In this document: positions 25,001-35,947 of the stretch, in pieces
Layout: the number at the start of each line of letters is the position of its first letter
How positions within the stretch are numbered: position 1 is the stretch's first letter
Assembly: GCA_020891255.1 (NCBI GenBank)
Contig: BQFW01000013.1
Coordinates: forward strand, 124,001-188,000
DNA length: 64,000 bases
DNA from: Entomortierella parvispora E1425
Lineage: Eukaryota; Fungi; Mortierellomycota
Direction of reading: 5' to 3'
The notes under the pieces: model-generated
The model's database searches: none
What the model was told of the DNA's origin: nothing
Seen by the model: the letters and a program-made list of their open reading frames with translations, nothing else
Position numbers and translations under genes: made by a program

Positions 25001-25469
25001 CGAGTGCACATTCACCAACGAGCTCAAGTTCATTGTCAAGGATTGCGATCCCCAGACTGGCGAGCCCGACGAGGAAGGATTCGAGGATGATTACCAGGTC
25101 GAGGAAGTGTCGCTGGCGATTGCAGACTTTGTGCTGCCATCTTATATCCCCAGCTTTACTCGGGCATGGGAGGAGCTTGGACAGGACTTTGAGGTGGTTG
25201 AGACATTGGCTTTGACGACCTCACCGGGACTCCAGGAGGCTTGCAGGGACCTTATTGCCTTGTTGGGTATGCAGGCATTGGACAACACTGGCACTGTGCA
25301 GGGATCGAACGTTCACACGATGACCTTGTCTGGTATCTTTATTGGAGGCATTCGCGTGTTGGCTCGCTGCCGTATGACATATGACTCTGCCACAGGCGTG
25401 ACACTGCAGCTGGCCATCCGCTCTGCGAGCGAAGAGGTCAGTCTGGTGATGATTGGTGCCATTGCTTAA
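22065..25469 (+). CDS. SEC21: Coatomer subunit gamma (gamma-COP)
   Basis: Exons approx. 22065-22099, 22245-22447, 22534-22693, 22776-23208, 23307-24216, 24316-24727 and 24822-25469. Motifs: [55 protein letters not shown], appendage-domain C-terminus. Confidence 0.97.
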
Positions 25470-25831
25470 GCAAACAAACGTAGTATAGTACTCGGCCATG
25501 TGGCTCTGCCCGACGACCTTCTTGCTCGGAAAAGGCCGAGGAGGAGGAACGGAGGAGGAGAAGCATTGGCCTACAAAAGATGAGAATAATATGAACATTT
25601 ATATAAGTGACTGCTGTTTTTGTGCCTGTTTTCATTTTTTTTCTTTTTTGAGTCCTCTTCCTTCGCAGGGGCCTTGAGGGCATTGCTCCGTGGTTTGTTC
25701 TTCATTCACATTCATTCTCTAGTTCATTCCCTCATTCTTCTTCTCTCTGTCCATTCTTCTCGGGGGTCTGCTTGCTTGCTTGTCTCCCTGTCCCATCCCT
25801 GTCTCTTCCGTTCACCCCTCATACCCCCTGC

Positions 25832-28746
25832 ATGGCACACTTGGCCGCACTCCTCAGTCGGAGGACCGTCCTCTCCTCGACCACCCGCTCCGCAAAACAG
25901 AGTCCCTCCAGCTGGAGACTAGGCTCTACCTCACAACCGACTTTGGTCCGATCCTACTCTCGCAAGTAAGTCTTTCTCTCTCAGTATAGCAAGCATTCTC
26001 AGCCCCGTTTTTTTTTTTTTTTTTTTTGTCCCGCTGAACTAACATCTGCCCTTTCCTTCCTAGAAACCCCACCAAAACACAGATCGAGACCGCTGAACTG
26101 GAGCGGGACATCCGGCGACTTGAAAGAGCCATCGAGGAACAGGAGCGAAAACTGGCGGCCAAGAAGGCATACGAGAAATCTATACAGGAAGTCAAACAAA
26201 GGACCGAGGCTGCCCAGTCCGTCTACAAATCACTCACGTCTCCCATCGCACCCACCACCCCATCGACCCCGCTGATCGGCGGCAAAGCCAACCCCAATGC
26301 TCAATCCTACCTTCCAGAAACGTTCCTCAAGGATCTAAAGCTCACCTTCCTGGATACCCGAGGCAGCAAAGCGGATACAGTCAAGAAGCTTCAGATTGGT
26401 CTTCCTACCGCTGAGGAGTTATCTTCAGCTACGTCGGCAATGACCTCTCAGGATGGAGAGTCCAAGGGCGAGGAAACAACGGAAGACTCTAGCTTGTCAA
26501 CACTGGAGAGGGTAAAATCTCTAGGAGTGGACAAGTGGAATCAGCTCATCTATGCCAATGCCTTGGAAGGAAATGCCAAGAACGCGGAGCAGGTCTTGAA
26601 GTTGATGGAGGAAGTTGGCGTCGAGCCCAATTTGGAGTCTTTTGGGCATCTCGTGGAGGCCTATGCCAATGCAGGAAACCTTGAAAAGGCGCAACAGACC
26701 ATGGATATGATGCTCAGCAGTAAGTCGGCAATGCGTTTCTTGATTAACGAAAAGGATTGCTCTGCACATTCTTCATGAAACTTACAGAGCTTGTATTTTT
26801 TTTCTTCTCTCTAGGTGGACTTGTCCCATCCATGGCCTCATACAACTCATTGATGAAGATTTATGTTCGAAGAAGAGATGTCGCCAACGCCTTCCATACG
26901 TTTGAGGAACTTAAAAGGCACCACAACCCAGACACTGAAGTCTTCACCAACCTTGTCAAGGGATGCATCCGAGCGGGCGAGTTTGACCTGGGCTGGAAAG
27001 TGTTTGGCCAGATGCAACGTTCCGGAGCAACCCCAGTGGAAAGCACGTACAGTCTCATGATCCACGCATGTGCCAAGACCGATCAAGTTGAGAAAGCCCT
27101 TGACATCTTCAAGACCTACCCTACACGTGGTCTTCAGCCCACGGATGCGACATTTAACTCTCTCATCCATGCATGTGCGATGCGACCTCAGTATTTTGCG
27201 ACGGCGTTTGCGCTTTTGAACGAGATGCAGTCGACCTATGGGTTCGAACCGGATATGTTGACCTACAACACTTTGTTGTTTGCGTGTTCGAAACGACGGG
27301 ATCTGCTGACGGCCAGACGTATCTTTCAAAAAGTCGTTCAGTTGGACCATGACGGCGTCCTCCAGTTGGATGGTGTGACGGTCACCAACTTCTTTTGGTG
27401 CATTACAGAGTGGAAGGACACCGCGTACCATGTGAGACGAATGAAGCAAATTGCAAGAGGAATCGAGACTTTGACCATTGATACAACCACAGTTCCTGCC
27501 TCAGCCACGGAAATGGAGTTGGCGGTAAAGCCATCATATTTCATGTTACCAGAAAGACCACCAAGGACGGAGCAGGAGGCTTTGAAGGAGGGAGAGATGG
27601 TCTTTTCATGGTTCGTAAATCGAGCAGCGGCAGAGTTCCCTCGAATTGAATCTACTGTTCCTTCTGAAGGAGAGCAGGACCTGGGACAGGAGCAACAACA
27701 GGAAAGTTCATCGTCCACAGCCGTCGTCACAGAGCCAAAGGAGCAACCTTTGATTGAGGTTCCTCTCCCACGACTTTCGCGGCAATCACCAATCCGGACA
27801 CGACTCTTGAACGCATACCTGGCCATGTATGTCCGCCATCAAGATTTCGAGAAATCCAAGGAGATTTACCGTGGCTATTTTGAACACTTTGAGCGCAAGA
27901 AGGACAGCTGGACGTACGCTACGATGCTCGATGGATGCTACAATTGGAAGGATGTGGATCTTGGCGCCGAAGTCTTCAAGGATTGGCGCGATTGGCGTCT
28001 TGGCACTGGCAAGCTGACAGAGAAGCGGACGCGATCGGCAGATTACGATTGCTACCGTCGAATGATCAACCTCTTGGCCAGGTAAAGTCCTGTTGTTATC
28101 TTGCTTTCCTTTCTTTTTTTTTTTTTCTTCTTTTTTTTCTTTTGTTTGTTGAAGTTGGACAGTTTGACTTACATCCTTCATTGATATTTACAGGACAAAT
28201 CACTTGGACGAGTCGATCGCGCTGTTGGAGGAGTTATCGATTGCAGCTTCACCGAAGAATACCCATTTGCGTGCGAAAATCGCTGCCGCTGCCCTACCCG
28301 CGCCCACCGACAACTCCAAGTCTGATCCAGCCTCGACCTCCTCGTCGGAAAAGAGTCTCTCCTTCCTGGCTCCGATCAAGGAAGAGACTGTTTTGCCCAT
28401 CTACCCCAAACTCAAGGATTTCCCCGTCGTGTATACAAAGACATGGGAACTCGAGAATGCAGGCGCAAGAAAGCTCATGTTGAGACTCTGTGAGGGCAAG
28501 ATTGACAGCATGTCCCTCTCCTCGCGCTCTGAAGGTCGTGGGAATAACGCGGATGAAGAAGAAGAGGTGGTGGTGGATACCGACCGATTGGATGAGAAGA
28601 GAAAGGCGAGATACCAAAAGACTTTGAGAAATACATCCATCAAATGGAAGGGCGAACATCCACAGGAGAAGGGCTTCTATGTCGGCAGTCGACGTCTCAA
28701 CGAATTGAAGCGCAACGTGTCAAAGCGTGGTCAGGACTCTTTCTAG
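25832..28746 (+). CDS. Mitochondrial pentatricopeptide-repeat (PPR) protein, Ccm1/Ppr3-like
   Basis: Exons approx. 25832-25965, 26064-26719, 26815-28081 and 28194-28746. Arg/Ser-rich presequence. Several roughly 35-aa PPR repeats, e.g. YNSLMKIYVRRRDVANAFHTFEEL, YSLMIHACAKTDQVEKALDIF, FNSLIHACA, YNTLLFACS. Orthology to Ccm1 is tentative. Confidence 0.88.
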
Positions 28747-29238
28747 AAGAGAAAAGCGAAAGCTCAAAGGGCCTGCTCTTTTCTCACTCACCCAATTCTT
28801 GTCGCCCTTCGTATAGGAGTGTGGACGTTTTTTTTGCTCATTTTTTTAAACCCATTCATTTTCCCTCAGCATCCCCTATCACCACCATTTGCATGTTTTG
28901 GTCATATCCTTACATAGATTGGAAAAACCCCATAGACAGAACACTTGTACAATACACACCTGAAAGAAAAAAATGTTTAGATGGCCTCGTTGTCTGTGTC
29001 CCTGAATCCTCTTGTTGCACGTCGGCGGCTAACCGTTCTGAGAGCATGCATCACTTCGTTGCCACGTCCTTTTCAGAACCTAGCCTTTTTCGACTTTGAT
29101 ACTTGACTTGGTTCTGGCACGCGTTGTTTTCGTGCTTGAGAGTCCTTTTTCTTTTAACGCGATGGCATGCTGTCCAGAGCAGAGGAGTGCTGCTTTGCAA
29201 AATAATGTTTCGATGGATTGGCTCTCTCTTTCCTTCTT

Positions 29239-29271
<33 letters not shown>

Positions 29272-29628
29272 CACCTTTGAGGCAGTGCAATGTCGCCGTT
29301 TTCCGAGGATGTTTCCTGCGGAAGCTCAATTTGAAAAAAGCTCATCGGTTGTACCGAGCTTCCTGGATTGGAGCATAGCCAGGGGGCAAAGAGTCGGCTG
29401 AACGACGGCGATTCGATGGGCGATCCTTTGTGTCCTTCTTTTTTCTTTCTTGTGCTTCTCTCTTTATTCCTCTCACACTTCCCAACAGGCAGGGCACTGC
29501 CTGTATGCACTCTTCGCTCCCTTGATTTGACCACTGTGCCTCAATTTACTTGCTGCCTCCCGCTTCTCTTTCATCTGCCTTTGCCCCGATCCAAGTCTCT
29601 CCTCAAGAGTTGATCTCTCATAACCATC

Positions 29629-31432
29629 ATGGCCGTGTATTTTATGGTTACGAGGGTTACCGGTGTCATTGGTATTGTCACCTCGATCCTGAGTGCCCTG
29701 TATACCTTTGCCGCTGGTCTCCTCCTGAACTTCATTATCCAACGCACACGAGGATCTGATTTGCGTCTCCGCATTGCAACAGGTGGAGGATCCTCCACTC
29801 TCCTGCGCGAATACTATGCGGCTGGTCGACGAATGTGGGGTGGACGCCATGCGGCCCTGCTAGGGATCTTGATCCTTACCTTCTCTGGCAATGCTATCCC
29901 GTTCATTGTCAACACCGGCATCAAAGCTGGCATGGGCATGGTTCCGCTGGGCTCCCTCCGGACCTGGAACAACTCCATGGGCTTTGGAACTCATGATGTG
30001 GGACTTGCCTATCAGTCCCGACAAAACTCTTCTGACTTTTTGACTTCGCTTTTTAACGACCACCGAAGCCCCCTTGGAGGGCGCTGACTATTCTACCAAA
30101 TATCCTCGCGTGGATTTCAGCATCCTGTCTGAAGCCAAACCGACCACGATTAACAACGTCAATGCCCATTATGAAGGTGCCGTCGCTCCCGATCATCCTG
30201 TGCCAGGGACAATTTCCCTCACCCGCCAGCTCTACACATTCTCCCAGAACAATACACCTAGCTGCGAGGTGTCCTTCCCCAATTGCGAATTGACGTCGAT
30301 GAGGACAACGATCCCCCCTGGTGCCGATTACACAAAGCTTTTTGATACCCCCTGGGTGGTCACCTACAATGATCACCAAGGGAGATCCATCCCAATAGCG
30401 AACCTGACAAGTGCCACGGCCATGGCCAACTCGAACAGAGACGACTTTATTGCAGAGCGACCGACTACTTTTATTGCAGGGTACACCGACACCACTGGTC
30501 AATCGGTCCTGGCCGCTTTCACCACCGCCAGCTTTTCATATCGGATTCGCGCCAGTGACACAGAGAGCTTTCAACCTGTTACTTTTATAGGGTCTCGTAG
30601 TCATCTGTACCCCCTCATCTGGAAGGCCATGAATGCGTCGGCCTTTTCCCCACCTTTGATCGGGGCCACGGCCAGCAACAAGGCCACTTTGATCTACAAC
30701 ACCCCCTCAAGCTCCTCGGATAACTTGACCCATATCACCTGTGTAGGCTACGAGGCCGACACATCGACCCAGGAACAAGAACAGAATGGACGTCCTTCCG
30801 CCGTGAATATGATGTCCTGTCGAGAACTCCACATTGCCATCATGAGCAACACAGGGGCGACCTTCAATCCAAACACGAATGCCGGCTACGACATGTTCAA
30901 GATTTACAACGCCCTGGCCCCGAACCAAGTCAGTCCCGAAGAGATTGACTACCACGGGGGCGAGAATGTGACCGCCGTGGCCGAGGAGATGACCGCGTTT
31001 TTGCACAATATCACGGAGCGACTGTACCCGTTTGTGGCCCTGTATCAGGCCCAGGCCCAGGTCTTTGAGCTCAAGGAGGGCATCTCGTTTGAGCCCTGGT
31101 CGGTGGTGTTTATGGGGACGTTGGTCGGGATCGTGGTCCTTATGTATCTCTTGGAGTGGTGGTTGGTCGAGGATGTTTACAAGGCCGATGTGTTGACGCT
31201 GATCGAGACCACGACCCTTGGCGGCGTTGGGGGTGCTACAACGGCTTCGACCGCGGCGACCACGACAAAGAAGATGAAGAAGGAGGAAAAGAAACGGTGG
31301 TCAAAACGAAAGTATCCAAAGTGGTCCTTGGACAAGGATGGGGACGCGCACCATGTCCTTCTTAGAGGCGAAAGAGTCCTTGTGGAGAAGCCGGCAGAGC
31401 GCCGGAGACTGAAGGGTGCGGACTACGCCTAG
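29629..31432 (+). CDS. Multi-pass membrane protein of unknown function, split by an apparent 1-nt frameshift near 30070
   Basis: ORF 29629-30087 (two hydrophobic segments) overlaps ORF 30074-31432 (luminal domain with N-glycosylation sequons, C-terminal TM segment, basic tail). Removing one C from the C5 run at 30069-30073 fuses them. Confidence 0.65.
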
Positions 31433-31474
31433 ATCCTGGGACGCACTCCTGCCTAGATCCTGGGGCGCACTCCT
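31427..31474. repeat. 24-bp tandem duplication spanning the stop codon of the membrane-protein gene
   Basis: GCCTAGATCCTGGG(A/G)CGCACTCCT, two copies with one mismatch. Confidence 0.85.
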
Positions 31475-31733
31475 CTTGCAGTAAAAAATAGACCTTTCAA
31501 AATAAATAATAAGTTTAGCACGAATGAAAAAAAAAAAAAAAAAAAAAAGAGGGCCATGGTATGTTGAAGTGCATGCTTTATTAGTTCTAAAATGGTATCA
31601 TGGTTGATAAATGGTGGGTGGAGTCAACAAAGGGTTCCCTCCTAAATGAATGATAGTATGATAGTAGAATGGCCAGCACTTTCCTTGAAGTCTACTGATC
31701 TAGGGTTTTGGGTGTCTGCCCAAAAAGCAACAT

Positions 31734-33380
31734 CTACTTTGAATCCGATGGGGTCTTGTCAAAAGTGTCCAGGGTCTCTTCTCCCCGATCGACCCATCTC
31801 TTCAACACACGTACCATGATCGCACCACTGAAGAGTTGCTCCACATGGTACATCAGCAAAGGTGTGGCCATCAGTCCCGCAAGATGGTCGGTACCAGACT
31901 TTGCAGGGTACATGAGTTTGACCAACGGAATGCCAATGGCCACCGATTTCGTAGCTCCACAGAACAAGATGGCGACAGTGTCCTTCTTGGTCATTGGCTC
32001 CGCAAGCTGTTGAAGACGAGACCTAGGCAACTGCAAGCCCTCTGTACAAGGATGCGCATCCGCCAAAGAGACTGCATCCGAAGCAGCTTCCATGTCCGAG
32101 AGCTCATCGTCCTGTCCTTCCTGGTCCTTGGAGGCTGCCATCTTTCGCTGCTGTTTCTTGTCCATGATGTGCAAAATACGGATATTCTTGGGTCGAACAC
32201 GGGAGACAAAGGCCAGGAAGAAGGTCGCCAACCAGAAGGTGGACCCCTGACAAACACCAACCGCAATGATCTGGCCCGCTGTCACACCGTCGAACGTTCC
32301 GTTGGAGAAAGCATCGCAAAAGATGGACCACACCAAGATCAAAAGACAAGTGCTGTTCAAAGTAGGGAAATGGACTTTGGACTTTGCCCAGGCAATGGCC
32401 CTGGGGATACAGTACAACATGATCTGGCCCACAATCACGGGGAGGACGATCGTGGTGCCCAAGTTCAACAAGATCTCTCCATATTCGATACCGCCACCAG
32501 CGTCGGCAGGTGTTTGAGGGGTGTTGGACAAGATCAAGAGAGTGATCACAGGCGAAAGAAAGACGCCCAACAGGTTTCCCAAGGTGGCGTTGAACAAGGC
32601 CAGGGGCTCAGATCCACCGGCGTTTCCGGTCATGACGACGTTGGAACTGATCGTCGTCGGGGTGGCAGCCGTGAAAGCCATGCCAGCCAAGAGGTTCGAA
32701 TCGAACGAGCTCAGGCCGATCAAGGTCGTCAGGGCCTTGACAAACAAGGGGATCAACACAAACGACGTCAATTGAACGATCATATGGGCACGGTAGTTCT
32801 TGGCCGACTGCAAGATGTCCTGAGTCTTCAAAGACAGACCTGAGAGCAAGAAGATACAAGCTGTCGCTCCGTACTTGACAGAGTACTCGGGTCGAATGGG
32901 GCCTCCCGTTTTGCCCCATGAAGGCTCAAAGCGGGCCATGATAATGACAAAGGCGAGACCGAGCAGGAACCAGTTTTGCATCCACAGTCCCCACCAGAAG
33001 GCTCTTCTCCTCTTGGCCCTTGCCTTCTTGTCTTCCCTTTCTGTTTCCTGAGGCGCTGCGGCCTTTTCTTCTGGGGTGGGGGGATCAGGGAGAAAGCTCT
33101 CGGCTTTGACTGGGTCCGAGGCCATGGTAGCGGAGGAAGAGGACAGGGTGGAGCGAGAAGAGACGACGGACGTAGGAGAGGTGTGTTTGGTGGGGGGTAT
33201 AGATGAGAGATCGTCGATGACTATGATCTTCTTCTCGGACAGGGCGGGCACTTCAGGGGAGGGACGGTGTGGACTCTGAGTGGACGGATCCTCTACTTTT
33301 TCGGTCGAGACTGCAGCATGGTGTTGTTGTTCCGATTGTTGCGACGGTGATGGTTCTATATCTGCAGTGGTGTAGTCCAT
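31734..33380 (-). CDS. Sodium/bile-acid symporter-like transporter (SLC10A7/Rch1, SBF-like)
   Basis: Single-exon 548-aa ORF with about 10 TM segments. Motifs: QNWFLLGL, IFLLSGLSL, PTTISSNVVMTGNAGG, NATLGNLLGVFLSP, ILFCGATKSVAIGIPL, PLLMYHVEQL. Confidence 0.92.
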   Translation of the reverse strand: MDYTTADIEPSPSQQSEQQHHAAVSTEKVEDPSTQSPHRPSPEVPALSEKKIIVIDDLSSIPPTKHTSPTSVVSSRSTLSSSSATMASDPVKAESFLPDPPTPEEKAAAPQETEREDKKARAKRRRAFWWGLWMQNWFLLGLAFVIIMARFEPSWGKTGGPIRPEYSVKYGATACIFLLSGLSLKTQDILQSAKNYRAHMIVQLTSFVLIPLFVKALTTLIGLSSFDSNLLAGMAFTAATPTTISSNVVMTGNAGGSEPLALFNATLGNLLGVFLSPVITLLILSNTPQTPADAGGGIEYGEILLNLGTTIVLPVIVGQIMLYCIPRAIAWAKSKVHFPTLNSTCLLILVWSIFCDAFSNGTFDGVTAGQIIAVGVCQGSTFWLATFFLAFVSRVRPKNIRILHIMDKKQQRKMAASKDQEGQDDELSDMEAASDAVSLADAHPCTEGLQLPRSRLQQLAEPMTKKDTVAILFCGATKSVAIGIPLVKLMYPAKSGTDHLAGLMATPLLMYHVEQLFSGAIMVRVLKRWVDRGEETLDTFDKTPSDSK

Positions 33381-34583
33381 TGGTGTAAGAGAGGGTCAGT
33401 TTGAATGAAAGAGATGAAAGAGGAGGTCAAGGGAGAGTGGGGAGGTGCAGCGCAGATCGAGCACTGCTTGAGAAAGAGAGAGGATGGGACAAAAAAAAAA
33501 GTGGGAAGGTATAAAGAAGATGGAAGGAAAGGAAGAAAGAGGTGAAAAAAGCAGAGAGGCTGCTTGTTGAGGACAAAGTTAAAACTCGCCTGGGGAGGGA
33601 GTGGCAAGGGCACCTTATGAGAAGGAGGATGCCCGGCCAACAGCGGAGATGAACGACCACAAGGGCCAGCACGATATCGGTGTCGGTTCGGAGGTTGATG
33701 ATGGCGGATTGACAAGGAGCGAAAACGTTCTAATTGGATGAATCATTGGGTGAAAAAGCAACCTTGCGCCTCAAAAAGGATATCGGCCGGTCATTGGGAG
33801 ATGGCGGTATTTCAATCGATCCGCCTGGAGGGGACCGTTGTTCAATTTGTCATTCCCACAGCCAACGGTCCCGTAATCGTCCTCTGCTCATTGCTTCATT
33901 GCGTGGATCTACGTACTCCGTTGTTCCTCATAGGCGATAGCCTGTCGTTGACCCTCCCCCCTTTGTCCAAGGGGAACGACTCTCCCTTTCCTGGATGTCC
34001 CGATGACCCCATCGCAGCCTTATCCCCCAGGCTAAAAAGGCAGGGCGAGTGGAAAAACACACTGCATATCTAGTGTATGAAGCACAAAGCGGGGTAAATC
34101 TGTAAATCTTGTCGGGTTCATCCGCTTCGCCAACAGCACAAACAAAAATGATTTGTGTGTGTGTTTGGTCCGTGCAGCTCTGTTCCTGCACATGGTGTGT
34201 TCATATCCCTCTTTGGCTCAATACGAGTCATGTCGTTCTTTTTTCTTTTTTGTCGTCTTTGTCGTCTTTGTCGTCTTTGTGTTCCACTCACGGATGACCG
34301 TGTGAGAGGTCGTCTAAAACAAGAAGGCATGCCGGACACGCGAATGGAGGAGTCATTGTAGTCACTCTGTTTCTTTGAACAAGACAACAACTCTCCTTCA
34401 AAAAAGCTGGTCTACGATGCAACAAAGGTCACTCCAAACACGAGGCAAACGTGGGAGGTCTCTTTGTTCCTCAACCAAGTTTTCATTCAAAGAGAGGAAG
34501 GAGTCACCACAATTTGCAACGATTGTCATCCTCTCTAAAAAGCATGGTTAGAGACACCGAAATCTCCCAATCACCTGACTGGT

Positions 34584-34689
34584 TAAGTAATGGTTAAGTA
34601 TCGAACTTAGCCTCTAAGTAATGGCTAAGCATCGAGCTTAGCCTCTAAGTAATGGCTAAGCATCGAGCTTAGCCTCTAAGTAATGGCTA
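34584..34689. repeat. 31-bp tandem minisatellite (about 3.4 copies), each unit containing an 8-bp hairpin
   Basis: Unit TAAGTAATGGCTAAGCATCGAGCTTAGCCTC at 34615-34645 and 34646-34676, a variant copy at 34584-34614, and a partial copy at 34677-34689. Confidence 0.95.
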
Positions 34690-35947
34690 TGTTGCCGTGT
34701 CCAGTTTAATAAAACAAAACGTGTGCTCGGCCCATGAACATCGCCAACGGTCGTCAAAACCTAGTGCCATGAAAGGTCTTTTTTTTGTCCTATAGCTACA
34801 ATTCTCTATGAAGAATACCCATCCTGATTCTTACGGCGCCTCTTTACAAGACCGGCCTTTAGGTCCCCGAGGTCTTTACAGAAGCTGACCCAGGCAATGG
34901 GCTGCAGGATGTCCAATGGCGCTTGCACTGCCGTCTGCACCTTATCAACAAAGACGCGTCGTGAACTGGCAAACATTTGAGGATCGGATTCAGTATATGG
35001 TGTCATCGCAGATTTGAAGGGACCCAAGCCAGGCCAAAGACATCGTCCTCGAGCAACGATTCGTCTTGTCAAGATCTTTGTAACCAAAAATCGAGGGTCG
35101 TTCCAATGGTGAACTGTAGCTCTGAGAGGACCCCAGAGATCTATGCCATCACAAGTTCCTCCGGGTTTAAGGCCGCATTCCAATGATCAATCTTGGCTTT
35201 GCAAACACGCCGCGCAGCCGATTGCGTCTAGGTACCTGGACACTTTATGGACTCCACCTAGATGTGTCGCCACCAAAAAAAAAAAAAAAAAAAAGAAGGA
35301 AGCGCAGTATACACGTGATTCATATCATGTGACTTGTCCGACCTTAAAAAAAGTGACAGTGACAACAAGCCAGCAGAGAGAGAGAGAGCAAAGAGAGCAA
35401 AAAGAAAGAGAGAGAGAGACCAGATCTCGCATACCCAGTCAAAGACTTGCATGCGATCCGCGCTGTTTGCATCTTCATCCTTTGCTTTGTCATCCCTTCT
35501 TCCCTCTATCCCCACTCTCTCAGCCTCACCCCTGCTGCTGTCCACCCTCACCCTCTCCTCTCTCCCGCGCCCCTTTCCTCGGTAACGTTCTACTCGAGTA
35601 GATCTGTTCTCCTTGTCTCGTTATCTTTGTGATTTCCGTGTTCGTGCTTGTCGCACTTGCAGAGCTCATGCTCATGCTTCATGTCTGTCTGCTATGCAAG
35701 GCTTGGCCCGCAGTACACCTGTAGAACCAGAGCAGAGCATAGCAGACAAGAGCACGGCACACCATGCATGCAATATGACCATATATGCACATGTCGCATC
35801 CCATCCCTAATCCCGTCCTGTTTCTGGCTTTGCTTCTCTCCAAGTAGCTTCATCTCTAATTCGCGCCTTCAGATCTGCCCCTTCACCCGCAAACGGCTCT
35901 CTTCACTCGACCTTCACCCCTCCAAAGAACTCTCTTCAACCCAGATC

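Noticed and set aside
34584-34689. CRISPR array
   Set aside because: Eukaryotic context, head-to-tail repeats with no unique spacers, and no cas genes.
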